In this document: positions 25,182 through 35,757 of the stretch, in pieces | How the letters are laid out: every line of letters starts with the position of its first letter | Position numbering within the stretch: the first letter of the stretch is position 1 | Made by a program: the position numbers and the translations under genes | The notes under the pieces: generated by a model | What the model saw: only the letters and a program-made list of their open reading frames with translations | Told to the model about the DNA's origin: nothing | The model's database searches: none | From: Macrostomum lignano | Taxonomy: Eukaryota | NCBI GenBank assembly: GCA_002269645.1 | Contig: NIVC01003307.1 | Location: 106,801-147,968, forward strand | Reading direction: 5' to 3' | Length of the DNA: 41,168 nucleotides

Positions 25182-26648
25182 TTATTCACGCATGGCCAAG
25201 CCAGCCGAGATCAGCTGACTGGCCATGAGGCAGCCGCTATTACCGGAGCCGGACACGTGAAGGTCAACCGGGTAGCAGGGCAGGCCGCCGCTTTCCGAGC
25301 TGTACACGTCCGCGTAGGCCGACACGGCTGAGGTGGTGGCGGCGGCCCCGCCGGACTCTTTCAGATCGGCCCAGCTCGGGTCCGCCAGACGACGCATCAG
25401 GCAAACGGCCTTGCTGGTCAAGCCGGGCAGGGCGCCGACGGCCAGGCCGCGCAGGCGGCACAGCGAGGCCCGCGTCGGGGCGGTCATAAAAGCCGCCAGC
25501 TCGGCGTCAGTCGGTGGTACGACATAGATTTCTGACAAAGATTTGCAAGTTTCAACGTAGCCAAAATCGACTAAGAGAACGGTTGCCGTGGCGTTGCTAA
25601 GGTTCAATCTGAGTAGGCGCATTCGGTGATAGCGGCGCGTTGGATCGTGCGAATACTGGCCGAGGTACACGCTGTTCACATCGATTTCGTTCTGGTCGCC
25701 CAGACTGACGAGGTGCGCCGGCTTCTTGTACGTGAGCGGCGGAGCTGGCGGCGATGGAGGTGCACCAGGAAGTATGCAATAGAATTCGCTTGGCGAGACT
25801 ATATGCGTTAGCTTTAGCGGGCCACTATAGATACAGTGTAGTTTGTCGCCAGGCGGTTTGATCTCGTTTCCAGGCGGTTCGATTTCGTTGCTAGGCGGTT
25901 TAGCCTCGTTGTTAGGCGGTTTAGCCTCGTTGCTAGGGGGTTTAGCATCGTTGCTAGGCAGTTTAGCATTGTTGCTAGGCGACTTAGCCTCGTTGCTAGG
26001 CGATTTAGCCTCGTTGCTAGGCGATTTAGCCTCGTTGATAAGCGGCTTGATTTCGTTGCTAGGCCATTTAGTCTCGTTGCTAGGCGGTTTTAACAAGTCG
26101 TTAGACTTGCAAAACTTCAAGGCATTAGCAGTCTGCTTGGCAAGCGACAACTCATTAATAGGCAGGTTCGAATTTTCATCGCACAGAGCAGCATTGATGT
26201 TTGTAATCGGTCGCATAGCAACAACAGGCGCGGTTCCGGCGGCTTGCTGATTGCCGTACCGTACTGGTTTATAGCGACGGACAAGACGCAGCTCGATAAG
26301 ACGCTCGCTAACTGATTGACCAGCCTCATCAAGCAGATCCTCGACAACGATGGCAGCCTGGCCGCAGTCTGTACTGTCGGACAAGCGCAGCGTGACTGGC
26401 TGCTCCAGCGCCAAGCGGGTGATTTCAGCCAGGGCCGCCTCCTCGTCAATGGCAAGCAGGCCTTCCAGGCTGCAGCACCGAACTAGCGGCGGACTCGTTT
26501 GTAGCAGCCCGGCTGGCAGTTCGAATATCTGATTCAGCGGCACCCGTTCGGTGTTCCCGAAATCGATGAAATTAATAAGTGCGTCTTCCTGCCCGGCCCT
26601 GATGCACATGCCTCGGTAGAGGCTGCCTTCGTAGCATGCGGCGAACAG
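25182..26648 (-). CDS. Last coding exon of a Tudor-domain (TDRD-like, extended Tudor) protein: core of Tudor 1, a repeat linker and Tudor 2
   Basis: AACYEGSLYRG...FIDFGNTERVPLNQIFELP...PPLVRCCSLEG and THIVSPSEFYC...RYHRM...LLVDFGY...ASLCRLRG are extended-Tudor signatures. Acceptor ttggtgctttccaccccag| is phase 0, giving 488 codons plus TAA. Confidence 0.92.
   Translation of the reverse strand: MFAACYEGSLYRGMCIRAGQEDALINFIDFGNTERVPLNQIFELPAGLLQTSPPLVRCCSLEGLLAIDEEAALAEITRLALEQPVTLRLSDSTDCGQAAIVVEDLLDEAGQSVSERLIELRLVRRYKPVRYGNQQAAGTAPVVAMRPITNINAALCDENSNLPINELSLAKQTANALKFCKSNDLLKPPSNETKWPSNEIKPLINEAKSPSNEAKSPSNEAKSPSNNAKLPSNDAKPPSNEAKPPNNEAKPPSNEIEPPGNEIKPPGDKLHCIYSGPLKLTHIVSPSEFYCILPGAPPSPPAPPLTYKKPAHLVSLGDQNEIDVNSVYLGQYSHDPTRRYHRMRLLRLNLSNATATVLLVDFGYVETCKSLSEIYVVPPTDAELAAFMTAPTRASLCRLRGLAVGALPGLTSKAVCLMRRLADPSWADLKESGGAAATTSAVSAYADVYSSESGGLPCYPVDLHVSGSGNSGCLMASQLISAGLAMRE
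25851..26091 (-). repeat. In-frame 21-bp coding repeat, ~11.5 copies of K(P/S)PSNE(A/I)
   Basis: Visible in the translated ORF between the two Tudor domains. Confidence 0.9.
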
Positions 26649-26770
26649 CTGGGGTGGAAAGCACCAATTTTTACTGCTTAAGCTTTCAATAGGGAAGCTA
26701 GAGAAGGCCAGGTAAATCATAACTAACACGGAGCTGTCAGCTTAAGCGTCAGAATAGATATCAGAGTAAA

Positions 26771-28627
26771 AATTGGGACAGAATTGCATGTATTGCACAC
26801 AATTGGGACAATTGCATGGATTGCACACAATTGGGACAATTGCATGGATTGCACACAATTGGGACAGAATTGCATGGATTGCACACAATTGGGACAATTG
26901 CATGGATTGCACACAATTGGGACAATTGCATGGATTGCACACAATTGGGACAGAATTGCATGGATTGCACACAATTGGGACAGAACTGCATGGATTGCAC
27001 ACAATTGGGACAGAACTGCATGGATTGCACACAATTGGGACAATTGCATGGATTGCACACAATTGGGACAGAATTGCATGGATTGCACACAATTGGGACA
27101 GAACTGCACACATTGCACACAATTGGGACAGAATTGCATGGATTGCACACAATTGGGACAGAATTGCATGGATTGCACACAATTGGGACAGAACTGCATG
27201 GATTGCACACAATTGGGACAGAACTGCACACATTGCACACAATTGGGACAAAACTGCATGGATTGCACACAATTGGGACAGAACTGCATGGATTGCACAC
27301 AATTGGGATTGCCCACAATTGGGACAGAATTGCATGGATTGCACACAATTGGGACAGAACTGCAAGGATTGCACACAATTGGGACAGAATTGCAAGGATT
27401 GCACACAATTGGGACAGAACTGCATGGATTGCACACAATTGGGACAGAATTGCAAGGATTGCACACAATTGGGACAAAACTGCATGGATTGCACACAATT
27501 GGGACAGAATTGCAAGGATTGCACACAATTGGGACAAAACTGCATGGATTGCACACAATTGGGACAGAATTGCATGGATTGCACACAATTGGGATTGCAC
27601 ACAATTGGGACAGAATTGCATGGATTGCACACAATTGGGATTGCACACAATTGGGACAGAATTGCATGGATTGCACACAATTGGGACAGAACTGCATGGA
27701 TTGCACACAATTGGGACAGAACTGCAAGGATTGCACACAATTGGGACAGAACTGCAAGGATTGCACACAATTGGGACAGAATTGCAAGGATTGCACACAA
27801 TTGGGACAGAACTGCATGGATTGCACACAATTGGGACAGAACTGCATGGATTGCACACAATTGGGACAGAATTGCAAGGATTGCACACAATTGGGACAGA
27901 ACTGCATGGATTGCACACAATTGGGACAGAATTGCAAGGATTGCACACAATTGGGACAAAACTGCATGGATTGCACACAATTGGGACAGAATTGCATGGA
28001 TTGCACACAATTGGGATTGCACACAATTGGGACAGAATTGCATGGATTGCACACAATTGGGACAAAACTGCATGGATTGCACACAATTGGGACAGAATTG
28101 CAAGGATTGCACACAATTGGGACAGAACTGCATGGATTGCACACAATTGGGACAGAATTGCAAGGATTGCACACAATTGGGACAAAACTGCATGGATTGC
28201 ACACAATTGGGACAGAATTGCATGGATTGCACACAATTGGGACAAAACTGCATGGATTGCACACAATTGGGACAGAATTGCATGGATTGCACACAATTGG
28301 GATTGCACACAATTGGGACAGAATTGCATGGATTGCACACAATTGGGATTGCACACAATTGGGACAGAATTGCATGGATTGCACACAATTGGGACAAAAC
28401 TGCATGGATTGCACACAATTGGGACAGAATTGCATGGATTGCACACAATTGGGATTGCACACAATTGGGACAGAATTGCATGGATTGCACACAATTGGGA
28501 TTGCACACAATTGGGACAGAATTGCATGGATTGCACACAATTGGGACAAAACTGTATGGATTGCACACAATTGGGACAGAATTGCATGGATTGCACACAA
28601 TTGGGACAGAATTGCATGGATTGCACA
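26771..28627 (+). repeat. 30-bp satellite (TTGCACACAATTGGGACAGAA(T/C)TGCATGGA) with 28-bp and 16-bp variant units, ~1.86 kb, intronic
   Basis: Directly visible array. It fills most of the 2,115-nt Tudor intron (26649-28763). Confidence 0.98.
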
Positions 28628-28763
28628 ACATTTCCTAGTTGTGTGCTGTCATTCCCATTCTCAGAAGATAGTCTGAAAATGCCACTCTCAGTGTAACATT
28701 AATTAATAATCTAAAAACATTAAAATATCAATGTGTTGGCATTATGTAGACAAGACAGCTTAC

Positions 28764-28919
28764 CTCTCCAGGAACTGGCACAGCTGGCTTAGAGCAAGCC
28801 TCAACCAGCTGCTGCACTTGAGCTAAATCATTTGCCTCCTTATCAAGATTGATGTAAAGTCTGTCAAAATCAGCCACATGAGCTAGAATGCCAGATAGCA
28901 TGATTGAGCAATTAGACAT
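28764..28919 (-). CDS. Upstream coding exon of the Tudor gene (MSNCSIMLSGILAHVADFDRLYINLDKEANDLAQVQQLVEACSKPAVPVPGE)
   Basis: It supplies the N-terminal strands and helix of extended Tudor 1. Donor gag|gtaagc is phase 0, matching the phase-0 acceptor at 26648. An acceptor ttttttaccag| at 28931 means the true start may lie further upstream. Confidence 0.82.
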
Positions 28920-29188
28920 TATTTGTCTAGCTGGTAAAAAAGTATATCATGAAATAAATAACAATATTTTTGAAATATCAGATTTAACAGATAATAGCCC
29001 AAAACTGGCAATGTTGCCTTTAAAGCACAGAGACAAAGCCCTTTGGCTATAGATTTAAAAGGGCCTTTTTGTAGATATAAGTTCTATATAAAATGATATA
29101 ATTTTATAAGCAATTGATGGCAACAATCTTTTTAAAGGTAAACATAATAAAAATATTTAGTTGAAAACTGCCAATTTTTTATATAAAC

Positions 29189-29361
29189 ATGCTTGGGCGC
29201 AACCTTGGGATCCACCCGGCCGTTTCTATTGGCAACACACGCATGTAAGTTGCTATTGGCTGAGAGCAGTCACGTGACTACTGTTCTGTCCAATAGCGAC
29301 TTACATGTGTGTGTGTTGCCAATAGAAACGGCCGAGTGAATCCCAAAGTTGCGCATGTATG
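29189..29361. mobile_element. MITE A: ~170-bp near-perfect palindrome centred on GTCACGTGAC
   Basis: Arms cggccgtttctattggcaacacac-catgtaagt(t)gctattgg mirror ccaatagcgacttacatg-gtgtgttgccaatagaaacggccg. The right terminus is GTTGCGCATGTATG and the element is flanked by tatataaa(c). Confidence 0.85.
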
Positions 29362-29370
29362 TATATAAAC

Positions 29371-29627
29371 CATACATGCGCAACCCCCCTGATTTACACT
29401 GGCCATGCGACTTACTTTTTGACCAAAAATGCGACTTACCTGTGAAAGAAACCCTAACGCAATTTTGGGTAAACGGCAGGAGTAACTATGACTGTCTTAT
29501 AAGGGCTAAATGCCTCGTCATCTAATTAGTACTACATCTGTATTCTATAGGCTGGGCATTTTTGCGACTTACCCCTGGTCCACCACAATTTACGGTGGCC
29601 AGATCGGCCAGCAGTTGCGCATGTATG
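29371..29627. mobile_element. MITE B: 257 bp, perfect 14-bp TIR CATACATGCGCAAC, 9-bp TSD tatataaac, carrying a 28S rRNA fragment
   Basis: TIRs at 29371-29384 and 29614-29627; tatataaac at 29362-29370 and 29628-29636. Confidence 0.88.
29467..29530 (+). other. Degenerate 28S rRNA fragment (helix 69-71 region; R2/I-PpoI target); not an rRNA gene
   Basis: GGGTAAACGGCAGGAGTAACTATGACTGTCTTATAAGGGCTAAATGCCTCGTCATCTAATTAGT versus conserved eukaryotic 28S GGGTAAACGGCGGGAGTAACTATGACTCTCTTAAGGTAGCCAAATGCCTCGTCATCTAATTAGT. Confidence 0.92.
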
Positions 29628-32481
29628 TATATAAACAGACATTGTTTAGAACAAATCATCTTATTATGATACAGAATCATATACATACATTATTATGCAT
29701 ACATGTCATAAGAGGCCATGACCATCTTATTTTGGTAATGCTTAAAGACAAAAAAACTTGGTTATTAAGTAATTGAGAATTACTAAAGAAATTTAAAAAA
29801 TCATAAAAAGACAAACCTGTTTTCAAGTAATACACAAAATCAAAAGCCAATAAAATTTTAGAGTTAGACTATTTAGTATATAATAAGACTATTACCAAGG
29901 ATATGATAGGTAAGAATAGTCAAAGTTATACTTAAGTTATTTTAAAATATATAATTTATTAATTTATTACCTATTTACTACAACTATTAAAGTAAATAGT
30001 GAGGGTTAAGCATTGAATTAAGGCTTATATAAAAAAGCATTTAGTTTCAGAAAAAAAGTTAGAATTAGCCTTCATAATGATGTAGCATTAATGCTAAGAA
30101 TAAAAATTACAGAAATTATTAATCTTTAATAACTATATATAAATATAAATAAAGATGGGACAAAATGAGATTTTGGCTTTAAGCCAAAGTTTATAGGGAA
30201 TAGCTGAGATGTCAAGGCTAAGGTCAAAAGCTATATGTTGTATATTCAAAACTTTTTACTATATTATTTGCTGGCTCCTCACAAGGGGTTGCTGATTAAA
30301 GAAGTGTCATAATCAAAGTCAGGAGATTTATTTAGGAATCACTGCAATATCAAGGCTTAGAGAGATTGCTATAATGCTGTAATGCTATAATAACTCTAGG
30401 AGAATTACTGAAATGTTAATGCTTTAGGGTTAGGGTTAGAAGGATGACATATTTTTGAGGAATTCAAGGCTTATTGGGAGTCATTGCTGAGATATCAAAG
30501 GGGGAAAGGAGTTGATATGTCAAGGCTTATAGGGGGGAATTGCTTAGATGTCAATGCTTATAAGGGATTGCTGAGGTTATTGCAAAGAGATACTATAGAT
30601 AGTTTATTTGAAAACTTTTATTGCATTTTTTGGCTCCCTAATAGGGGGTGCTGATTGCCAGTCTAATCCTAAATTCCCTTTTTCATATATGAGCCTCAAT
30701 TCCACAACCCCAAAAACTCTTGACTTTTCAAATGTAAACTTCTTAGTTCTTAATTCCCTAGTTCTTTCTTTTCATTTATAAGCTACAATATTAATACTTA
30801 ACTTGTGGCACATTCTAAATATTTGCCCTACATTCAAATGACTATTTGGTATTCAGATTGTCAACTTTCCAATTCTGATTTGAACTAGAAATTTGGTCAA
30901 TTTGATTCAATTCCAAATATTCAAAAGATTTCTCCTATCTCTATTGCTAACATCCAACCAACATAGCTTATTAAGCTAGGCAATAAGCAAGTATATTAAG
31001 TTGCAAAAACATTATCTAAAAAAAAATCTAAAAAGAAACAAAAAAGGAAAATATAATTATAAAAAAGAAAACAAGAGAAAAAGAAAAAAAGAAAAGAAAA
31101 AAGCAAATAAGAAATAAGTTGCAATTAGAGGTAGCCAGGTTGTATTTAGTTGAAGCTAAGTTGCACTTGGATAGGCAAGATAAAGCTAGGCCTAAGCTAG
31201 ACTCTGGAAGGTTATGTATATATTGGAATTTTCTGGTATATCATTGGAAAGTTTAGCTGTTTTGGCATACCATTTTGAGCTTAAGAAAATTTTGGTATAT
31301 AAACTACAATAATTTGTTTTTAAAACTACATGTGCATTTTAACAATAATAAGAGTTTTAAAAATTAAAGAATACTATTTTTATATTATATATATAAACTA
31401 ATATCATAACAGTACTTTTTTAAATAGAACCTTTGAAAAATAGTTTTATCTGTTTAAAATTTGTTGGTGATAACATTTTTTCTTTTTGTAAGATGTTATA
31501 AAAAATTTTATTTAAAAACATTTTTCAGAAAATTAAAAAAATTTTTCACTTTGATAGCATTTTCAATCCTTTTAATTGTTACTTTATTGTTGTAATTGCA
31601 AAAGGTCCTTTAATTGTTGCAACTGCAAAATAAGGTCCTTTATTATCATTTTTCTAATATACTATATTGCACTATCCAATCCAAAGACTAGGGCCTAAGT
31701 TGCTTTTAGAGGGAATATTAAAAATATAGAAAATACAATAGTTTATATAAAATCTAGACTTATATTTAAGTTGAACTATTTGAGTATAGTAGCTTTAATA
31801 AATGACAAACAAAGCAATATTTTTAAGAAAAAAATAAGTGAATTATCTAAAAATATAATGCAATGTATTTATTTTATTTAAGCCAAGCAAAAGACCAATA
31901 TATTAATATTAATATTAACATTTAGCCAAAGCTATTATATAAAGTTATAATAGGCCTAGCCTAGCCTAATAGCATTGCCCACCCCCAATATAGGACTACC
32001 TATAGGTATAGGTGATAAGGTGAAAATATCAATTGACTGAAGGTAAAGCAATCAGTAGGCCTATCCATTGCAGCCATAGGCTAGCCTACTCAGGCTAGGC
32101 CTACTCTGGAAGATTAGTGCATGCCTGCATGCCAGAATTTTCTTATAGGACTGCCTGTAATCGCTTAAAATAAATAACCTAGGCCTTATCACACACTAGA
32201 CCTAATTGTTATTGTCTAATTGTTACTACAATTTATTCGATATCGATTCGATAGCATAGGCCTAATATAAATATTATATATGGTCTATATAAATAGGCCT
32301 ACATACATCGGTTTGTCTCATATAGAGTAGCGACAGTCTGTGTCACTTAGTGTTGCTAAGAGCTAATAGCCAGCAGCCAGCTGCATAAACAAAAGCTGAC
32401 GATGGGTATTTCAGATAATGGTGGGAGATGGAAGACTGAGTACCTTAGATAGATCGCCGACGAGCATGCACGTCCACAGAC

Positions 32482-34534
32482 GTAGTAGTAGTAGTAAGAG
32501 AATTTGGCTCAGGCAATTGGCCTGTTTGGCCAATATATTATAGAGCTATGTATTTGGAAAAGTTTTCGAAATAGAAGTTTATAAAGACGATTTGCCGCGA
32601 GTTAGTAGTAAGAGTTAGAGATTTATTGTAAAAGATAAAGTATTTGAAAGCGCGCCAGAATTTTTACGGTATTTTTGGACGAAAAGTGACGACTAACAAC
32701 TAACAACGAGTATAAATATTAATACAAAAATGAGTACAAATTACGAGGTATAGCTTTAATTGCGAGATTACTTTGGTAAGCGAGTTTGTAAAAAAAGATG
32801 TAGTATTTTTGAAAGCGCGTGATGTTTCAAAGCGTGAAAAAACGAACATAAACAATACTTCGAAAGAACTTTACGTTTAACGAATAACGACGATTTAAAT
32901 AGGGAATTAAAAAAGACAGTAAATGAATAAACAACTGAAAAGCGGATTTGTTACACTGCTAATGTATCTGATTCAGTTTGTTTAACTGTTTTAGCTATTC
33001 ATGACTTCATATATTTTAGCTACACCAGTGAGTTCTTTTCTGACTCTTTTTTCATTTGTAGCATATCCTATCTTGTGTATTTGATTGCTATTTAAGAGGT
33101 ATTGACAGAAGTATTTTTTCCTGATCTCTTCAGTTTGTGGACATTCGGTCAAGTAGTGTAGAATGTCAAAACCATTTCGCGCTCCACACATTTTACATGG
33201 TTCTTGAGAAAAAAAGTTGGGTGTAATCTCGCATTTCAGTTTTAGGAGGGTTGTTAAGAATTTTTTGTTTCTAAATGTACATGGAAAGTAATCTGAAAGG
33301 TCGGGCCTGCAGATTTTTTTGTAGAGATAGGCGTTTTTGTAGAGTTTAATATGTTGCTGATTCTCTAGCTTTTGGCTAAGTTCTCTTTCTCTGTGTATCT
33401 TGAGGTGCTTTTTCACTAGGTATTTCTCGTTATTAAAGCTTTGGGAAAGTTTATCTTCAGTTAGTGCTTTTAGGTCTATACTTTCTAGTTTCTTTAGTAC
33501 ATTCATTTTCCATGGATTTTTTTGGCCGGTGCTTGAGTAGAAAATTTCTAGAGTCGTTTGGCAGAGTTTTTTGTGTCTAATCTTCAGCCAGTAGATGAGG
33601 TAGGTTTTAGCGATTCGTTGAGAGATTGGAGTAAGCTCAAGTTCTGATGATATCACACTGTTGCTAGCAAATTTTGGTAGATTGAGGAGATATTTGTAGA
33701 ATTTCAGCTGAATATTATCAATAGCTTTTGTATCAGACATGGTAGCCAGAGGGCCCCAGAGCTCACAACCGTAAGTGATAACGGGGGTAACAAGCGCGTC
33801 AAATAGTCTGCGAATGAGTGTGATGTCTAGGGACGTATTCTTTACCCTATGGAGTAGGGAAAACATGGCTGTATATCCCTGCTTAGTTTGGTGTTCAATA
33901 CATTTTTAAAGCTGTTTTTTGGTTCAAAAATAATTCCCAGGTATTTAAATTCATTTACTTCTTCTATTTCTTGGTTGTCGTAGTATATTTTTGTAGCAAT
34001 GCTATCTGTGTCGTTTTTTTGTCTGGTATTGCCCTGCATAAACTTTGTTTTGCTTGCGTTTACTTTCAAGTAATTTTGTTTGCAGTAATTTTCCATAGTC
34101 GTAAATGTGTCTTGAAGTTCGTCTTTGTTTTTAGCTAGAATGGCTTGATCGTCTGCAAAGAGTAGGATGAGTGGGAAAGCAGATCTCGTAAGAGAGCGCC
34201 TAGCGCTAGAGAGTTCAAGATATTCAACAATGTCGTCAATATATAGTTCAAAAAGAATGGTAGAGAGAGGGTTGCCTTGAAGAACACCTTTAGATATTGG
34301 GATTGGCTGGGTTTCATCATCATCATCATCTTTTTTTAGAATGAAGCAGGCATTTTTATGCATGTTCTTGATAAGTTCCATCATTTGACCTTTAATACCC
34401 TGATTATCCGTTTTGCACCAAAGGGTCGGTTGATTTAAGCTATCGAAGGCTTTTTCATAGTCAACAAATCCAATAAAGAGTTCTTCTTTGTTGTAGATGG
34501 ATTGGTTTATAATGTTGTAAAGATTAAAACATTG
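32482..34534 (-). mobile_element. 5'-truncated non-LTR retrotransposon of the CR1/L2 group (Daphne/Crack-like), ~2 kb
   Basis: RT motifs FVDYEKAFDS, GVLQGNPLS, LFADD, FKYLG and YGCELWG, plus a C-terminal C..C...H...C. The ~490-nt 3'UTR ends in a ttggcc-aaaca-ggccaa stem-loop and a (TAC)5 tail. Confidence 0.92.
32991..34534 (-). pseudogene. Truncated reverse-transcriptase ORF with a frameshift near 33860-33870
   Basis: Two overlapping ORFs (33842-34582 and 32991-33866) join into one LINE ORF2 C-terminal half. The endonuclease and RT N-terminus are missing. Confidence 0.9.
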
Positions 34535-34784
34535 GTATTCATTTCCCGATTGACATTCAGATTCACATTCAAATTTTAACAAAGCCGCTGTAACTTTTCT
34601 TTACTTAAACGAAACGCTTTAAAATTTTACAAAAACTTTGACGCAATCAAGAAAAAAAAACTACGTAAAATATCTCGGCATTTAAAAAATAGACTGTACA
34701 AATTATTCACATATAAAGTTTGTTCCTATCTCCTTAGTGTATTATTATGCAACTCAACAAAACGGCTTAAAATACACGCAGAAA

Positions 34785-35757
34785 GCTACGAAACTTTATT
34801 TTTCTCTTGACGCATGCGAGATGCGTTGGCAAGTCAAAAATCAGCACCCTAGCTTAAAGCCTGTACGAGTTATTCACCTGCAAACTGTGTTCCTATCTCC
34901 GTAGTGTATTTTGGGGGTCCAGCTTGACATTCGCTGACAGACACTTCTACTCAACGCAGAGCTACGAAACTTTATTTTTCTCTTGACGCACGCGAGACGC
35001 GTTGGCAAATCAAAAATCAGCACCCTAGCTTAAAGCCTGTACGAGTTATTCACCTGCAAACTGTGTTCCTATCTCCGTAGTGTATTTTGGGGGTCCAGCT
35101 TGACATTCGCTGACAGACACTTCTACTCAACGCAGAGCTACGAAACTTTTTTTTTTCTCTTGACGCACGCGAGATGCGTTGGCAAGTCAAAAATCAGCAC
35201 CCTAGCTTAAAGCCTGTACGAGTTATTCACCTGCAAACTGTGTTCCTATCTCTGTAGTGTATTTTGGGGGTCCAGCTTGACATTCGCTGACAGACACTTC
35301 TACTCAACGCAGAGCTACGAAACTTTTTTTTTCTCTTGACGCATGCAAGATGCGTTGGCAAGTCAAAAATCAGCACCCTAGCTTAAAGCCTGTACGAGTT
35401 ATTCACCTGCAAACTGTGTTCCTATCTCCGTAGTGTATTTTGGGGGTCCAGCTTGACATTCGCTGACAGACACTTCTACTCAACGCAGAGCTACGAAACT
35501 TTATTTTTCTCTTGACGCATGCGAGATGCGTTGGCAAGTCAAAAATCAGCACCCTAGCTTAAAGCCTGTACGAGTTATTCACCTGCAAACTGTGTTCCTA
35601 TCTCTGTAGTGTATTTTGGGGGTCCAGCTTGACATTCGCTGACAGACACTTCTACTCAACGCAGAGCTACGAAACTTTATTTTTCTCTTGACGCATGCGA
35701 GTTGCGTTGGCAAGTCTAAAATCAGCACCCTAGCTTAAAGCCTGTATGAGTTATTCC
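34785..35757 (+). repeat. 176-bp tandem repeat in the left foldback arm, 5 full units plus a partial
   Basis: gctacgaaac recurs at 34785, 34961, 35137, 35314, 35490 and 35666. Confidence 0.97.

Noticed and set aside
26723-28696. Six overlapping ~620-aa ORFs (Cys-rich CVQSMQFCPN etc.)
   Set aside because: The satellite unit has no stop in any frame, 16- and 28-bp units scramble the frames, and the region is a well-supported GT-AG intron.
29430-29442. U1 snRNA 5' end (ACTTACCTG)
   Set aside because: No U1 body follows, and the motif is one of several GCGACTTAC repeats in the MITEs.
29467-29530. rRNA gene or rDNA unit
   Set aside because: Only ~64 nt match, with indels, and it is embedded in a TIR element with no flanking rDNA.
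30424-30438. Telomeric TTAGGG repeat
   Set aside because: Only about 2.5 units, too short to interpret.
33842-34582. N-terminal MLKFECESECQSGNEY of the RT ORF as real protein
   Set aside because: These codons come from the foldback arm (34535 onwards), not from the LINE.
34930-34975. Hammerhead-like CTGACAGA...GAAAC in the 176-bp unit
   Set aside because: The core deviates from CUGANGA and no convincing stems I-III could be formed.
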